Positions 18,900-30,151 are shown, numbered from the stretch's first letter. The stretch: DNA of 64,000 nt from Bdellovibrionota bacterium (GCA_050952645.1 JBMNLI010000017.1:339526-403525); one strand, 5' to 3'. The notes: generated from the sequence alone by a model not told the origin. A program made the numbers and translations.

Positions 18900-20432
18900 A
18901 TGAAAATGAATGCATATCAACATTATAAAATAGCGCTTATTATATTTATTCCAAGCTTCTTATTTTTTTTATATAAGGTTATTTTTTTAAAATTTCCATT
19001 AGTGCCGAATAAAGATGCCGTATCTTATACGATAGAAGCTAGATTATCTTTTAAGCCTCGATATAAAACTCCAATAAGAATAAAAATGTATCTACCACAG
19101 TCTAAAGATTCCTTTGTAATAGTAGATGAAAACTTTCTTAAAAAAGGGGCTTACGGGGAGGCTATAAATAAAGTAGGGGATAATAGGATGATAAACTGGA
19201 CTAAGAGCGAAGCTAGCGGAGAGCAATATTTTTTTTACCGCGCCGTAGTTCAAGAAAGTTCTTCTTATTCAGATAGTAAAGAAATAAAAAAGCCGTCTTT
19301 TGCTGTAAACGAGTTTATAGGCTCTCAAGTTTTAGCTGCTAATGCCTTAATAGAACATGCGAAAGCTCGCTCGGCAGACGAAGAGTCTTTTATTTATGAG
19401 CTAATAAAAGTAATTTTAGGAAACTCTTATGAGCAAGAGTTAAACCATCTTTTAGAGGGCGACCATTCAGAGTTAAAAAAAGTAGAACTTGCAGTTTCGC
19501 TTCTTAATATGGTAAAAATCCCAGCAAGGGTAGTCCATGGGGTAGAGTTAAAATCTGAGGCTCGTGATGTGAAATTACAGCATTGGTTTGAGGTATTTAG
19601 TAAAAATAGAGTTTCTAATTATCGTATGAATAGTAAAGAGTATAAAGTGCCTTACAATTATTTTCCTTGGTATAGGGGTAAAAACTCGTTAGCATATATT
19701 TCAGGTGGAACTAATATGCATATAAGTATTTCGATAAGAAAAAATGTAGAAAGTGAAATTTCTAATGTAGTATCTGAAGAGAGAATAAAGCGTCCGACGT
19801 TATATAAGTTTTCATTATTTAATTTGCCATTAGATATGCAACGTGTGTTTCAAATTTTACTATTATTTCCATTAGGTGCGATAGTGGTGGTGATTATGAG
19901 AAATATAGTAGGATTAAATAGTTTAGGAACGTTCATTCCAGTGCTTATAGCTATATCATTTAGGGAAACTAGGCTTATAAATGGAATACTTTTATTTTCT
20001 GTAATCATATTTTTTGGCTTATCGGTTAGATTCTTTTTAGATAGGTTAAAATTATTATTAGTCCCAAGGCTAACGGTTGTATTATCTAGCATTATAGTTT
20101 TTATTTTATTAACTAGCATGCTGATGCATAATTTAGGTTATGAAAGAAATGTATCGGTAGCATTATTTCCTATAATTATTTTAACCATGGTTATTGAAAG
20201 ACTATCTATTATTTGGGAAGAGCAAGGGTCTACAAAAGCTATCAAGCTTTGCATTTCTACGCTACTTATTGCTACGGTTATATACGTAATTATCACAAAC
20301 CCAATAGCATCGCATTTAGTATTCGTTTTCCCAGAACTTTCGCTATGCTTTATAGCTATCGCATTAAGTTTAGGGCGCTACACTGGATATAGGCTTTCAG
20401 AGTGTTTTAGGTTTGCAAGTTTATTAGATTAA
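18900..20432 (+). CDS. Inactive transglutaminase fused to a 7TM domain
   Basis: RNIVGLNSLGTFIPVLIAISFRET and LGRYTGYRLSE; typical gene context. Confidence 0.88.
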   Translation: MKMNAYQHYKIALIIFIPSFLFFLYKVIFLKFPLVPNKDAVSYTIEARLSFKPRYKTPIRIKMYLPQSKDSFVIVDENFLKKGAYGEAINKVGDNRMINWTKSEASGEQYFFYRAVVQESSSYSDSKEIKKPSFAVNEFIGSQVLAANALIEHAKARSADEESFIYELIKVILGNSYEQELNHLLEGDHSELKKVELAVSLLNMVKIPARVVHGVELKSEARDVKLQHWFEVFSKNRVSNYRMNSKEYKVPYNYFPWYRGKNSLAYISGGTNMHISISIRKNVESEISNVVSEERIKRPTLYKFSLFNLPLDMQRVFQILLLFPLGAIVVVIMRNIVGLNSLGTFIPVLIAISFRETRLINGILLFSVIIFFGLSVRFFLDRLKLLLVPRLTVVLSSIIVFILLTSMLMHNLGYERNVSVALFPIIILTMVIERLSIIWEEQGSTKAIKLCISTLLIATVIYVIITNPIASHLVFVFPELSLCFIAIALSLGRYTGYRLSECFRFASLLD

Positions 20433-20468
20433 GATTTAAGATATAGTAAGAATGTAGAGTTTAAATAG

Positions 20469-21434
20469 ATGGATATTTTTAATAAAGCAAATATTTTAAA
20501 TAGAATGAAGTTGTTAAAGGAAAGAGGCGTTCTTGGATTAAATGCAAGGAATGCTGAGATTATCTTGCCTCAAAACGAAAGGAGGCTTTACCCTTTAGTA
20601 GATGATAAAGTGAAAACTAAAGAACTAGCGATGGCTAATAATATTCCTGTGCCAGAGATGTATTACGTAGTAAGGAGTCCTCGTGAAATAAAGACGGATT
20701 TTTTTAATGCTATAAGACCGTATAAAGAGTTTGCAATAAAGCCAGCTCATGGGCAATGTGGCGAGGGAATTATAATAGTATCGGATGTAGTAAATGAGCA
20801 CTACAAACTTATAGACGGCACGAGAATGACTAAAGAGGATATGATTTATGCACTCTCTACGATAATGAGCGGAGTTTTTAGTTTAGGTGGGCAACTAGAC
20901 CAAGTGTTAGTAGAGTATAGAATTAAGTTTGATCCTGTGTTTGATGATATAACGTTTAGGGGAGTGCCAGATATAAGAGTTATAACTTATAGGGGAGTTC
21001 CTGCGATGTCTATGCTTAGGCTTCCTACTAGCTACTCGAACGGGAAAGCTAATTTGCATCAAGACGGTATTGGAGTTGGAATAAATATAAGCACTGGAAA
21101 ATCGATGAAAGCAGTGTTTAGAAATCAAATAATTACTATACATCCAGATACTTTTGTAGATATTCAAGGGATTCAAATTCCGTATTGGGATAAGATTTTA
21201 GAGCTAGCATCTAGAAGCTATGAGGTGACTAATCTAGTTTATCAAGGCGTGGATATCGTAATAGATAAGGATTTAGGCCCTCTTATTTTAGAGTTAAATG
21301 CACGTCCTGGTTTAAATATTCAAATCGCAAATCAAAAAGGTATTCGTCATAGGCTAGAGTTAATAGATAAGCACAAAGATAATCTTAATACTTTAGAAGA
21401 AAGATTATCTTTTGCTAAACAATATTTTGTGTAA
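20469..21434 (+). CDS. Alpha-L-glutamate ligase-like ATP-grasp protein
   Basis: GVLGLNARN, YPLVDDKVKTK, GKANLHQ and LELNARPGL. Confidence 0.9.
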   Translation: MDIFNKANILNRMKLLKERGVLGLNARNAEIILPQNERRLYPLVDDKVKTKELAMANNIPVPEMYYVVRSPREIKTDFFNAIRPYKEFAIKPAHGQCGEGIIIVSDVVNEHYKLIDGTRMTKEDMIYALSTIMSGVFSLGGQLDQVLVEYRIKFDPVFDDITFRGVPDIRVITYRGVPAMSMLRLPTSYSNGKANLHQDGIGVGINISTGKSMKAVFRNQIITIHPDTFVDIQGIQIPYWDKILELASRSYEVTNLVYQGVDIVIDKDLGPLILELNARPGLNIQIANQKGIRHRLELIDKHKDNLNTLEERLSFAKQYFV

Positions 21435-21468
21435 GTTTGTATAAGTTCATATCAGAAAGAATAATTTT

Positions 21469-22110
21469 ATGTTTAAGAATAATTCTAAAATAGTATTAGC
21501 ATCGAGGTCTAAAAGGCGCATCGATTTTTTAAGAATGTTAGGAATAGAGTTTGAGATATGTGTAGGAAATGTAGATGAAGATAAATATAGAGATATGATC
21601 CCTAGCAAAATGGTAGAGAAGCTTTCATTAGAAAAGGCGAAAGCCGCACTTAAAGAATACAAGAAAGAGTTTAGAAAAAAAAATGGTAAAGAAAAGCTTA
21701 CAGAAGATTTAGATATTTGGTTTATAGGTGCCGATACGGATGTATCTTTAGGAGATAAATCTTTAGGGAAGCCTAAAAATTCTAGTGATGCCTTTAGGAT
21801 ATTAAAAACATTAGAGGGGAAAACGCATCAAGTGTTTAGTGCTTTTTCGCTTATAAATGAAAAGTTAAGAGTAAAGGAAGTGTTTTTAACTAGCAGTGAT
21901 ATTACGTTTGCTTCTTTATCAGATGATATTATTAAGGCGTATATAAATACGCATGAGTGTTATGATAAGGCTGGGGCTTATGCGCTTCAAGGCATTAGTA
22001 GTGCGTTTATAAGTTCGGTCAATGGCTCTTATTCTAGCGTTATAGGGCTAGATATGAACTTGCTTCGAGAAAAGCTGTTAGAATATGGTGTTATAGAGTG
22101 TAGGGGTTAG
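21469..22110 (+). CDS. maf: Maf-family nucleotide pyrophosphatase
   Basis: LASRSKRR, IGADT and DKAGAYALQG. Confidence 0.92.
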   Translation: MFKNNSKIVLASRSKRRIDFLRMLGIEFEICVGNVDEDKYRDMIPSKMVEKLSLEKAKAALKEYKKEFRKKNGKEKLTEDLDIWFIGADTDVSLGDKSLGKPKNSSDAFRILKTLEGKTHQVFSAFSLINEKLRVKEVFLTSSDITFASLSDDIIKAYINTHECYDKAGAYALQGISSAFISSVNGSYSSVIGLDMNLLREKLLEYGVIECRG

Positions 22111-22126
22111 GGGGTAAAGAACTAAT

Positions 22127-22156
22127 TTGACAATACACTCAATTAAATATTATACT
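22127..22156 (+). promoter_or_regulatory. Sigma70 promoter TTGACA-N18-TATACT
   Basis: Near-consensus; followed by a hairpin at 22160-22196. Confidence 0.6.
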
Positions 22157-22415
22157 GATCTAATGGTCTTAATTTGTTTTTTACTTAGGTCATTAGAGCC
22201 TTATCCTAGGTTTTAAAAATGCAATATTTCCACTAAGCAGTGAAAGGAAGAAAATGGTTGCACTGATAAGAAGAGCCATAAATGTTTTCACCAAAGGCTT
22301 TTAAAAAAAGTTCTTAAGCCTTAAGGGTAAATCTTTTTTTCTAAAACGATTATCGATATTTTTTTTAAAAGTTTTTTTATAAATTTTACCATAAAGAAAA
22401 GAAAGGAAGACTTTA

Positions 22416-22903
22416 ATGTCTGCTAAAAAGGTGGGAAAATCATACTTAATATTTTAAATATAAAGCACCTTATCGAATGTTGTGGCGAGCCAGAAGCTTA
22501 TTATGATAATACACGGCATACTATAATTTCAAAGGATGGTGATTGGGTATTCGTTATAAGAGACGATGATCCCTATAAGCAATTATGCTATAGAAAGAAA
22601 GACTTTTTCAAAAATTTTCAAATTGCAAAATCTCAAGTTGAAGGTGATAAAAAATATGTAAAAAATGATCCTACTAGTTTATTTTGCATCAAAATTGGAA
22701 GTAAAGTGCGAATTTCTACAATAGAGCATATTATGCAAAAAGGTGACATTGTTTTTCTTAAAAGAACGAATGAAAGACGTGTTGTTAGCGAAATTCCTAT
22801 ATTTATAGGTAGCTATTTTGGGCTTCACGGTGATTCTAGCTTATCTTTCTTAAATGCGGGTGCCACTCTCATTCTAGTGAAAAATAAATCACTATTAAAG
22901 TAA
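22416..22903 (+). CDS. Hypothetical protein of about 162 aa (frameshift in an A-run near the start)
   Basis: AAGGAAG SD and ATG at 22416; open frame 22427-22903 includes track ORF 22706-22903; downstream C-tract/G-tract hairpin. Confidence 0.55.
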
Positions 22904-23194
22904 AATTATTGAAAACTTTTTCAAGCGACTAAAAACGCCCCCCCCCCGAAGCTAAAGGCTATTAACGAGCGTAGCTTTTAGGGGGGGAGCTTTTCTTTTT
23001 TCTTTGTTTTATTTTCTTTTTCTATAAATTTACCTTTAAAATTAGTCTTTTTTGATGTAACCTAAAACTTATAATTAGCATAGATATATTAACGTATTAT
23101 ATTTTCTTTAAGATATTCTTTAAGGGATTTTCTCTTTTATTTTTAAGAGATTAATATACTAAATAAACATTATTTTAATTCAAGGTAATAAAAA

Positions 23195-25729
23195 ATGGAT
23201 AAAAAAACCCCATACCAAGCGATAGATTTTGAAAAAAAATGGCAAGAAAATTGGGAAAAAAACAAAACGTATTCGGTTGCTTCTAAAGAACTAAAGGATA
23301 GACCTCCTTACTATTGTCTAGATATGTTCCCATATCCATCTGGTGCAGGGCTTCACGTAGGCCACTGGAGGGGCTACGTGTTAAGCGATGTTATAGCTAG
23401 ATATAAAATGCTTCAAGGCTACAAAGTGCTCCACCCGATGGGTTGGGATAGTTTTGGACTTCCAGCGGAAAATTACGCCATAAAAACTGGCGTTCAGCCA
23501 CAAGAAAGCACTAAACAAAATATAGCTAATATGAAAAGACAGCTTAAAGAAATAGGCTGCATCTACGATTGGGATCACGAGATTGCAACCTCTCATAAAG
23601 ATTACTATCGTTGGACACAATGGATATTCTTACAAATGTTGAAAAAGGGTCTAGCTTACAAAGAAGAGTATCCCGTAAATTGGTGCAATAATTGTAAAGC
23701 AGTTTTAGCTAATGAGGAAGTAGAGGGCGGAAAATGCGAACGTTGTGGCACTAATCAAATAGAAACAAGAACTATAAACCAATGGATGCTTCGTATTACA
23801 AAGTATGCCGATAGGCTTATAGATGATTTAGATAGTCTCGATTGGCCAGAGAAAGTTAAAGAGATGCAAAGAAATTGGATAGGACGCTCGTATGGTGCAA
23901 CTATAAAATTTAAACTAAAAGATGTAAATATAGATTTTGAGGTTTTTACTACTAGAATAGATACGCTTTTTGGTGCAACTTATATAGCTATAGCTCCCGA
24001 ACACCCTTTATTAAAAGATATAGTTTCTAAAGAACGTGGAAAAGAGGTTCAAGATTATATAAAAAGCGTGAAAACCACTTCTAATGTAGAAAGAAATAAA
24101 GAAGATAAAGAAAAAACTGGAGTGTTCACTGGTGCCTATGCGATAAACCCTTGCAACGATGAAGCAATCCCTATTTGGGTAGCTGATTACGTGCTTATGG
24201 ACTATGGAACTGGAATTATTATGGCAGTTCCAGCGCATGATGAACGAGATTTTGCATTCGCAAAAAAATTTAATATTCCCATTAAAGAGGTAATATATTC
24301 TAAAAATGCTATTAGAAATGAAGATGAAAGTTTAAAAGAAGCTTACACGGGACAAGGAGAGCATATAAATTCTTCCTATATCGACGGGCTAAATGTAGAA
24401 GATGCAAAAGAAAAAATGGTTAGTGAGCTTTCAAAAAAAGGTCTAGCAGAAAAAAAAGTTAATTACCATTTAAGAGATTGGATTTTTGCGCGTCAAAGAT
24501 ATTGGGGAGAGCCGATCCCTGTCGTGTATTGTGAAAAATGTGGAATAGTAGCCGTAGATGAAAAAGACTTGCCTATAACGTTGCCTTACATTGAAGATTA
24601 TAAACCGACTGGCACACTTTCATCGCCACTAGCAAAAGCTACAGATTGGGTTAATACTACTTGCCCTAAATGTGGAGGAGCTGCAAAAAGAGAGACCGAC
24701 ACTATGCCTCAATGGGCCGGGTCTTGTTGGTATTTTTTAAGATACGTTTCTCCTAGATATGAAGAGGCTTTCGTAAATCCTAAAGATGCTAAAGAGTGGC
24801 TTCCTGTAGATATGTACGTAGGTGGTATAGAACACGCCGTGCTACATTTATTATACGCAAGATTTTGGACTAAGTTTTTATATGATGAAGGGTTAATCGA
24901 TTTTAATGAGCCGTTTACTAAATTATTTAATCAAGGCATGGTGCTTCGTTATGCTTACCATTGTGATAAGTGTAATAAATGGCTCGATGTATCTGAGCTA
25001 GGAAAAGAGGAAACTTGTCCTACCTGTAATGAAAAAGTTAGTAAAACTATGGAGAAAATGAGCAAGTCTAAGCTTAACGGTGTTTCCCCAGATGATTTAA
25101 AAACGGAATATGGAGTAGATTCTCTAAGGCTTTACGAGTTATTTATGGGAGACCCAGCACTAGATTCTTTGTGGAATGATGATGGTATAAAAGGTTGTTA
25201 TGCGTTTTTAAAGAGAGTTTGGAGTTTTGTTTGTGACAATGATTATGCAAAAGAAAGTTCGATGCAAGCAAAGAAATTAACTCATAAACTTATAAAAAAA
25301 GTTTTAGAAAGAATGGAGGCTTTTAAATTAAATACTGCGATAAGTGCTTTTATGGAATTTATAAATGAGGCATCAACTATAAAGCAAGAGTTTTCTAAAG
25401 ATCTTATAGAAGCTTTTTTAATAACTCTTTCTCCATATGCCCCATACGTAGCAGAAGAATTATGGCATGAAAAATTAGGCAATAGTTCATCTATCTTTTA
25501 TGAGCTTTTTCCAAAATACGATGAAGAACTTGCAAAAGAAGACTTGCTAGAACTTCCCGTGCAAATAAACGGTAAATTAAGAGATGTGATAAGTGTCGAT
25601 TTTGATTTGCCAGAAGAAGAGATAAAGGAAAAAGTTTTTGCCTCTTTAAAAGTTCAAAAATATTTAGAGGGAAAAGAACCTAAAAAATTTGTTTACGTTA
25701 AAAATAAGATAGTAAGTTTAGTTATTTAA
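23195..25729 (+). CDS. leuS: Leucine--tRNA ligase
   Basis: MFPYPSGAGLHVGH, LRDWIFARQRYWGEPIP and KMSKS. Confidence 0.98.
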   Translation: MDKKTPYQAIDFEKKWQENWEKNKTYSVASKELKDRPPYYCLDMFPYPSGAGLHVGHWRGYVLSDVIARYKMLQGYKVLHPMGWDSFGLPAENYAIKTGVQPQESTKQNIANMKRQLKEIGCIYDWDHEIATSHKDYYRWTQWIFLQMLKKGLAYKEEYPVNWCNNCKAVLANEEVEGGKCERCGTNQIETRTINQWMLRITKYADRLIDDLDSLDWPEKVKEMQRNWIGRSYGATIKFKLKDVNIDFEVFTTRIDTLFGATYIAIAPEHPLLKDIVSKERGKEVQDYIKSVKTTSNVERNKEDKEKTGVFTGAYAINPCNDEAIPIWVADYVLMDYGTGIIMAVPAHDERDFAFAKKFNIPIKEVIYSKNAIRNEDESLKEAYTGQGEHINSSYIDGLNVEDAKEKMVSELSKKGLAEKKVNYHLRDWIFARQRYWGEPIPVVYCEKCGIVAVDEKDLPITLPYIEDYKPTGTLSSPLAKATDWVNTTCPKCGGAAKRETDTMPQWAGSCWYFLRYVSPRYEEAFVNPKDAKEWLPVDMYVGGIEHAVLHLLYARFWTKFLYDEGLIDFNEPFTKLFNQGMVLRYAYHCDKCNKWLDVSELGKEETCPTCNEKVSKTMEKMSKSKLNGVSPDDLKTEYGVDSLRLYELFMGDPALDSLWNDDGIKGCYAFLKRVWSFVCDNDYAKESSMQAKKLTHKLIKKVLERMEAFKLNTAISAFMEFINEASTIKQEFSKDLIEAFLITLSPYAPYVAEELWHEKLGNSSSIFYELFPKYDEELAKEDLLELPVQINGKLRDVISVDFDLPEEEIKEKVFASLKVQKYLEGKEPKKFVYVKNKIVSLVI

Positions 25730-25811
25730 CTTAAGATAATTTAAAAGTCTAAAAACAGTTATATAAATTACTAAATAACTATTAAATAATTATTAAACAA
25801 TTACTAAGCGT

Positions 25812-25906
25812 ATAGCATACGTAAATACGTATTCGTTAAAAAAAGGCAAATACTAGTTTTAGGCTAAGTTTTAGCTCTTAAAAACATAGCATACGTAAAA
25901 CAAGAA
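25812..25906. repeat. Repeat family B copy between convergent leuS and valS
   Basis: ATAGCATACGTAAATACGTA...ATAGCATACGTAAAACAAG, similar to 1646-1741. Confidence 0.7.
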
Positions 25907-25960
25907 AAAGTTTAGGTTTTGTGGTTTTAATTTTATAAATATATCTTTTATAAATATTTT

Positions 25961-28666
25961 TTATAAAGCCTTAAAAACCGTTTCTAGTTTTTCAATACTT
26001 TCTTTTATTTCTAGTAAATTTTTCTGTTCCTTGTGGACTAATTCGCTAGGAGCATTTTTTACAAAATTTTTATTACTTAGTTTAGCCTCTAAATCGTTTA
26101 ACGTTTTTCGTAGTTTTTCTATTTTAAGACTAAGTTTTGGTTTAACATCTTCTATTGAAAGTGTGCTAGGTTTTTCTACATAACAAATCCCACCGTTAAA
26201 TGCTAGTGGAATATAGTTTGAATTTACCTTATCATCTTTTATTAAAGATACGTTAAAAATATTTACTAATGCTCTAACTTTATCTTCTATATCACAATAA
26301 TATTTTTCTAAGTTTTTATCTAAAATTTTCAAAGCGATATTTAGCTCTAAATTTAGCGGTAAATTTAAAGTTTGTTTAAAATTTTTTAATGATGTTGTAG
26401 TGCCTTTTATAATATTTATAATATCTAGAGCCTCTTTATCATCTTCTAGGGCATCTGCTTTTGGCCAAGAAGCGGTTGCTAAAAACTGCTCTTTATTTCC
26501 CGTGGTAGCTTTATCACAAATGCCTAGCTCTATTAAATTTTGCCATAAACTTTCAGTGATAAATGGTATGTATGGATGAAATAATTTTAAAATATTTTTC
26601 TTTATATAAAACACTATTGCGAGCGTGTCTTTATTGTCGCTATTTTTTAATCTTTGTTTTATTATTTCTAAATACCAATCGCAGTAATCTAGCCAAAAAA
26701 ATGAGTTGATAATATTAAATGCTCTAGCAAAATTTGATTCAGATAACGCTTTATCATGTTCGAGAATAGTCTCTTTTAGTCTTGAGGCTATCCATCTATC
26801 CTCAGGTTCTTTGAACTTAATTTCTTTAGAATTATAAGAAAACTTATCTTTATTTAAATTCATCAAAACGAGCTTTGTAGCATTCCAAAGTTTTGTAATA
26901 AGCGAGCGCCCCTCTTCATAATTTCTTTGTCCGATTTTGCAATCTTGTCTTCCTAGAGGATACCTTGGAAGCATGCTAGCTCTTATAGCATCTGCTCCGT
27001 ATTCATCGAAAAGTTTTATAGGGTCTTCTGAGTTTCCTAAAGATTTAGACATTTTTCTTCCTTGGCTATCTCTTACTAATCCGTGGAGAACGAGAGTTTT
27101 AAATGGGATATCTTTCATAAGAGAAAGACTAGCCGTCATCATTCTAGTAGCCCAGAAAAAGATTATATCTCTTCCACAAAGAAGAAAGCTTGTAGGAAAC
27201 CAAAAGTTAAGGTCTTGAGTATTATCTGGCCAACCTAGAGTGCTAAATGGCCAAAGTTGAGATGAAAACCAAGTGTCGAGCACGTCTTCATCTTGTGTAA
27301 TATTTTTGCTTTTACATTTTGTGCATTCCGTAGGGTCTTTCTCTTCGCACATAATCTCGCCACAATCTTTACAATAAAAAACGGGAATTCTGTGTCCCCA
27401 CCAAATTTGACGACTAATGCACCAGTCTTTTATATTGTTAAGCCAAGTGTAAAGATCGTTTTTTTCAGTATCGGGAATGATTTGAATTTTGCCATCTTCT
27501 ATAACTTTGATTACCTCTTTAGTTAAATCTTTCATATCGAGAAACCATTGAAGAGAAACGTAAGGCTCTATAAGAGTGTGGCATCTGTAGCATTCACCTA
27601 CGGAATGTTTGTAGTCTTTAGTTTCTTTTAGAAGGTTTAAGCTTTCCATTTTTTCTATTACTAATTTTCTAGCTTCTTCTCTCGTTTTCCCTTTAAACTC
27701 CTCTCCTGCGGCCTTAGTCATTTTTCCATCTTCGCCTATAACTTTGAGAATTTCTAAATTATGTTTTAATCCCATTTCGTAATCGTTAGGGTCATGAGCA
27801 GGAGTTACTTTTACGAGTCCCGTTCCAAACTCTTTATCTACAAAATCATCTTTTAAAATTGGGATAAGCCTATTTACTATTGGAACTATCACTTTTTTAC
27901 CGTGAAGAAAAGTGTATCTTTCATCTTTAGGGTTAACCGCTATAGCCATATCGCCTAACATCGTTTCAGGTCTAGTAGTAGCTATTGTGATATATTCTTT
28001 TGTTTGGTTTCCGTTATCGTCTGCTATAGGATATTTTAAATACCAAAGATTTCCTTTTCTTTCGTAATGTTCTACCTCATCGTTTGCTAGAGCAGTTTTA
28101 CATCTTGGGCACCAGTTTATCATTTTCTTTCCACGATAAATTAGCCCTTTATTGTAGTAAATAACGAAAGCTTTTCTTACGGCCTTATAAAGCCCTTCGT
28201 CCATAGTGAATCTAAGGCGAGACCAATCGCATGAAACGCCTAATCTTTTTAATTGATTTATGATAATCTCGCCTTTTTCTTGTTTCCATCCCCATATTTT
28301 TTCTATAAATTTTTCTCTTCCTAAATCGTGTTTAGTTAGTCCCTCTTTTTTTAACTCTCTTTCTACAACATTTTGTGTAGCGATACCTGCATGGTCGGTC
28401 CCTGGGATCCAAACCGTGGCAAACCCTCGCATTCTATGCCATCTAACCGTGATATCTTGTGCAGTATTATCTAAAACGTGTCCCATATGGAGAATGCCCG
28501 TAACGTTTGGTGGTGGAATTACTACGCAGAAAGGTTCTTTCGTTTTATCTACTACTCCTTCAAATAATTTTTCTTTTTGCCAAAGGTTGTATATTTTTTC
28601 TTCTTCAGTTTTAAAATCAAAAAATTTCGGAATGTTTCGTTCTTTACTAATATTTTTATTTGTCAT
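25961..28666 (-). CDS. valS: Valine--tRNA ligase
   Basis: PPPNVTGILHMGH, DWCISRQIWWGHRIP, KMSKS and the C-terminal coiled-coil arm. Confidence 0.98.
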   Translation of the reverse strand: MTNKNISKERNIPKFFDFKTEEEKIYNLWQKEKLFEGVVDKTKEPFCVVIPPPNVTGILHMGHVLDNTAQDITVRWHRMRGFATVWIPGTDHAGIATQNVVERELKKEGLTKHDLGREKFIEKIWGWKQEKGEIIINQLKRLGVSCDWSRLRFTMDEGLYKAVRKAFVIYYNKGLIYRGKKMINWCPRCKTALANDEVEHYERKGNLWYLKYPIADDNGNQTKEYITIATTRPETMLGDMAIAVNPKDERYTFLHGKKVIVPIVNRLIPILKDDFVDKEFGTGLVKVTPAHDPNDYEMGLKHNLEILKVIGEDGKMTKAAGEEFKGKTREEARKLVIEKMESLNLLKETKDYKHSVGECYRCHTLIEPYVSLQWFLDMKDLTKEVIKVIEDGKIQIIPDTEKNDLYTWLNNIKDWCISRQIWWGHRIPVFYCKDCGEIMCEEKDPTECTKCKSKNITQDEDVLDTWFSSQLWPFSTLGWPDNTQDLNFWFPTSFLLCGRDIIFFWATRMMTASLSLMKDIPFKTLVLHGLVRDSQGRKMSKSLGNSEDPIKLFDEYGADAIRASMLPRYPLGRQDCKIGQRNYEEGRSLITKLWNATKLVLMNLNKDKFSYNSKEIKFKEPEDRWIASRLKETILEHDKALSESNFARAFNIINSFFWLDYCDWYLEIIKQRLKNSDNKDTLAIVFYIKKNILKLFHPYIPFITESLWQNLIELGICDKATTGNKEQFLATASWPKADALEDDKEALDIINIIKGTTTSLKNFKQTLNLPLNLELNIALKILDKNLEKYYCDIEDKVRALVNIFNVSLIKDDKVNSNYIPLAFNGGICYVEKPSTLSIEDVKPKLSLKIEKLRKTLNDLEAKLSNKNFVKNAPSELVHKEQKNLLEIKESIEKLETVFKAL

Positions 28667-28932
28667 ATTTTTTTTACCTAGTTTACAAGTTTAATTGTAT
28701 TAGAATTTTATTTTTTAAAGCTTAATTTTACAAGCTTTTTTTTAGTTTATAAAGATATATAATTGATATATAAGTATTTAACTCTCTTTTTTGGTTAAAG
28801 GCAAATCTCTTGATATGGTATTTTAAAAAATATATTATTTTATAGCACTAATTTTACAGTATAAGTTTTTTCTAGTATAAGTTTTTCTAGTGCATAATTT
28901 AGTAAAAGTATTTCTTTTTAAAAAATATTTAT

Positions 28933-29540
28933 ATGAAATTTCTTTATTTTGATTTAGATAAAAATGTAGATAAGAAAACAGGTGATACTATAGAGAGAGT
29001 AGAGAGCTTTCTTAAGTTATTATCTAAGGAGGAAATTTGTAAAGCAGATGGTATAAAATCTAAAAAAGAAAGATGCAATATATTGTAGCAAGGGGGCTTT
29101 TAAGAAGTTATTTAAGTAAAAAATTAAGTAAGCCTAGCAGTGAGATAAATATAAGTGTAGCAAAAAACGGTGCAATTTTAGTGCATGAGATTTATAACGA
29201 TAGTAAAATTTTTGCTAGTATTTCTCATAGTGAAAGTAAGGTTATCGTAGCGTTAGATAATTTTCCACTAGGTGTAGATGTAGAATATAAGAAAGAGCGG
29301 AAAGATTTTTTAAAACTAGCTAAGTATGCGTTTAATGAAAGAGAAGAGTTTTTGAAAATTAAGAACGCTAAAACCCCTAAAATGCAAATGGAGCTTTTTT
29401 ATAAGGGTTGGACTAAAAAAGAGGCCTTATATAAATTAAATTCTTTATTAGAAAATTATAATTTTAAGCTAGACTCGCAAAAAATAAAATTTATCGAAAA
29501 AAAACTTTTTGATAATTACGTAGTTATGGTAGCTAGGTAA
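28933..29540 (+). CDS. Sfp-type 4'-phosphopantetheinyl transferase (frameshift near 29072)
   Basis: SISHS, LGVDVE and WTKKEALYK; an upstream frame from ATG 28933 supplies LLSKEE..KA. Confidence 0.8.
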
Positions 29541-29892
29541 AAAAGGGTAAAGAGAAGATAAAGAGAAGATAAAGAAAAGAGAAAGAGAAGGCAAAGAAAA
29601 AAAAGGGGAAAAGAAAAAAGAGGAGCCAACCAAAGAAAATAAAAGTAAAAGTAAAAATAAAAGTAAAGGCTTTCTCTTAAAAATAATCGTAGATGTAAAT
29701 GTTGATGTAAACTAATGTAAATGTAAAAAATTATTTTTTTGATTATAATTTTATTATCTTTTAAAATAATCTATTAACGTATTTGTAAATATGGGGAGAA
29801 AAGCACACTTTGTGTTTTTTATAGTGTTTTTAAATCAAGGTTAGTTTTCACCATCCTAACGCTTAAGGAAACTTAAGTTTAGGAGAAGTTAA

Positions 29893-30007
29893 ATGTCTGA
29901 TAACCAAAACAACCAAGAGTCCTTTAAAGGCGGGCTTCAAGCGTTTTTAACATCTAAAAACGGTATTTAGAAAGGCTTTTGGGTTTATTGTTCCTAAAGA
30001 CTCCTAA
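29893..30007 (+). CDS. Possible small protein (25 aa as read, about 37 aa if an A-run indel is corrected)
   Basis: AGGAG SD; MSDNQNNQESFKGGLQAFLTSK...; ends before a bidirectional terminator. Confidence 0.35.
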
Positions 30008-30074
30008 GTCGATTTTTTCGATTTAGTTTTCTTTCTTTAAAGCTTAAGCAAAAAATTAAGCAAAAAACGTAAAC

Positions 30075-30133
30075 AAAAAAGAAGCCACTTTGTACTTTAT
30101 AGGTTTTTTAAAACACAAAGTGGCTTCTTTTTT
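30075..30133. terminator. Bidirectional terminator
   Basis: AAAAAAGAAGCCACTTTGT/ACAAAGTGGCTTCTTTTTT perfect stem. Confidence 0.8.
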
Positions 30134-30151
30134 TATTTTTTTTATTTTTAA

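Noticed and set aside
29541..29670. Purine-only tract as a functional element
   Set aside because: It is low-complexity AAAGAG slippage sequence with no further support.
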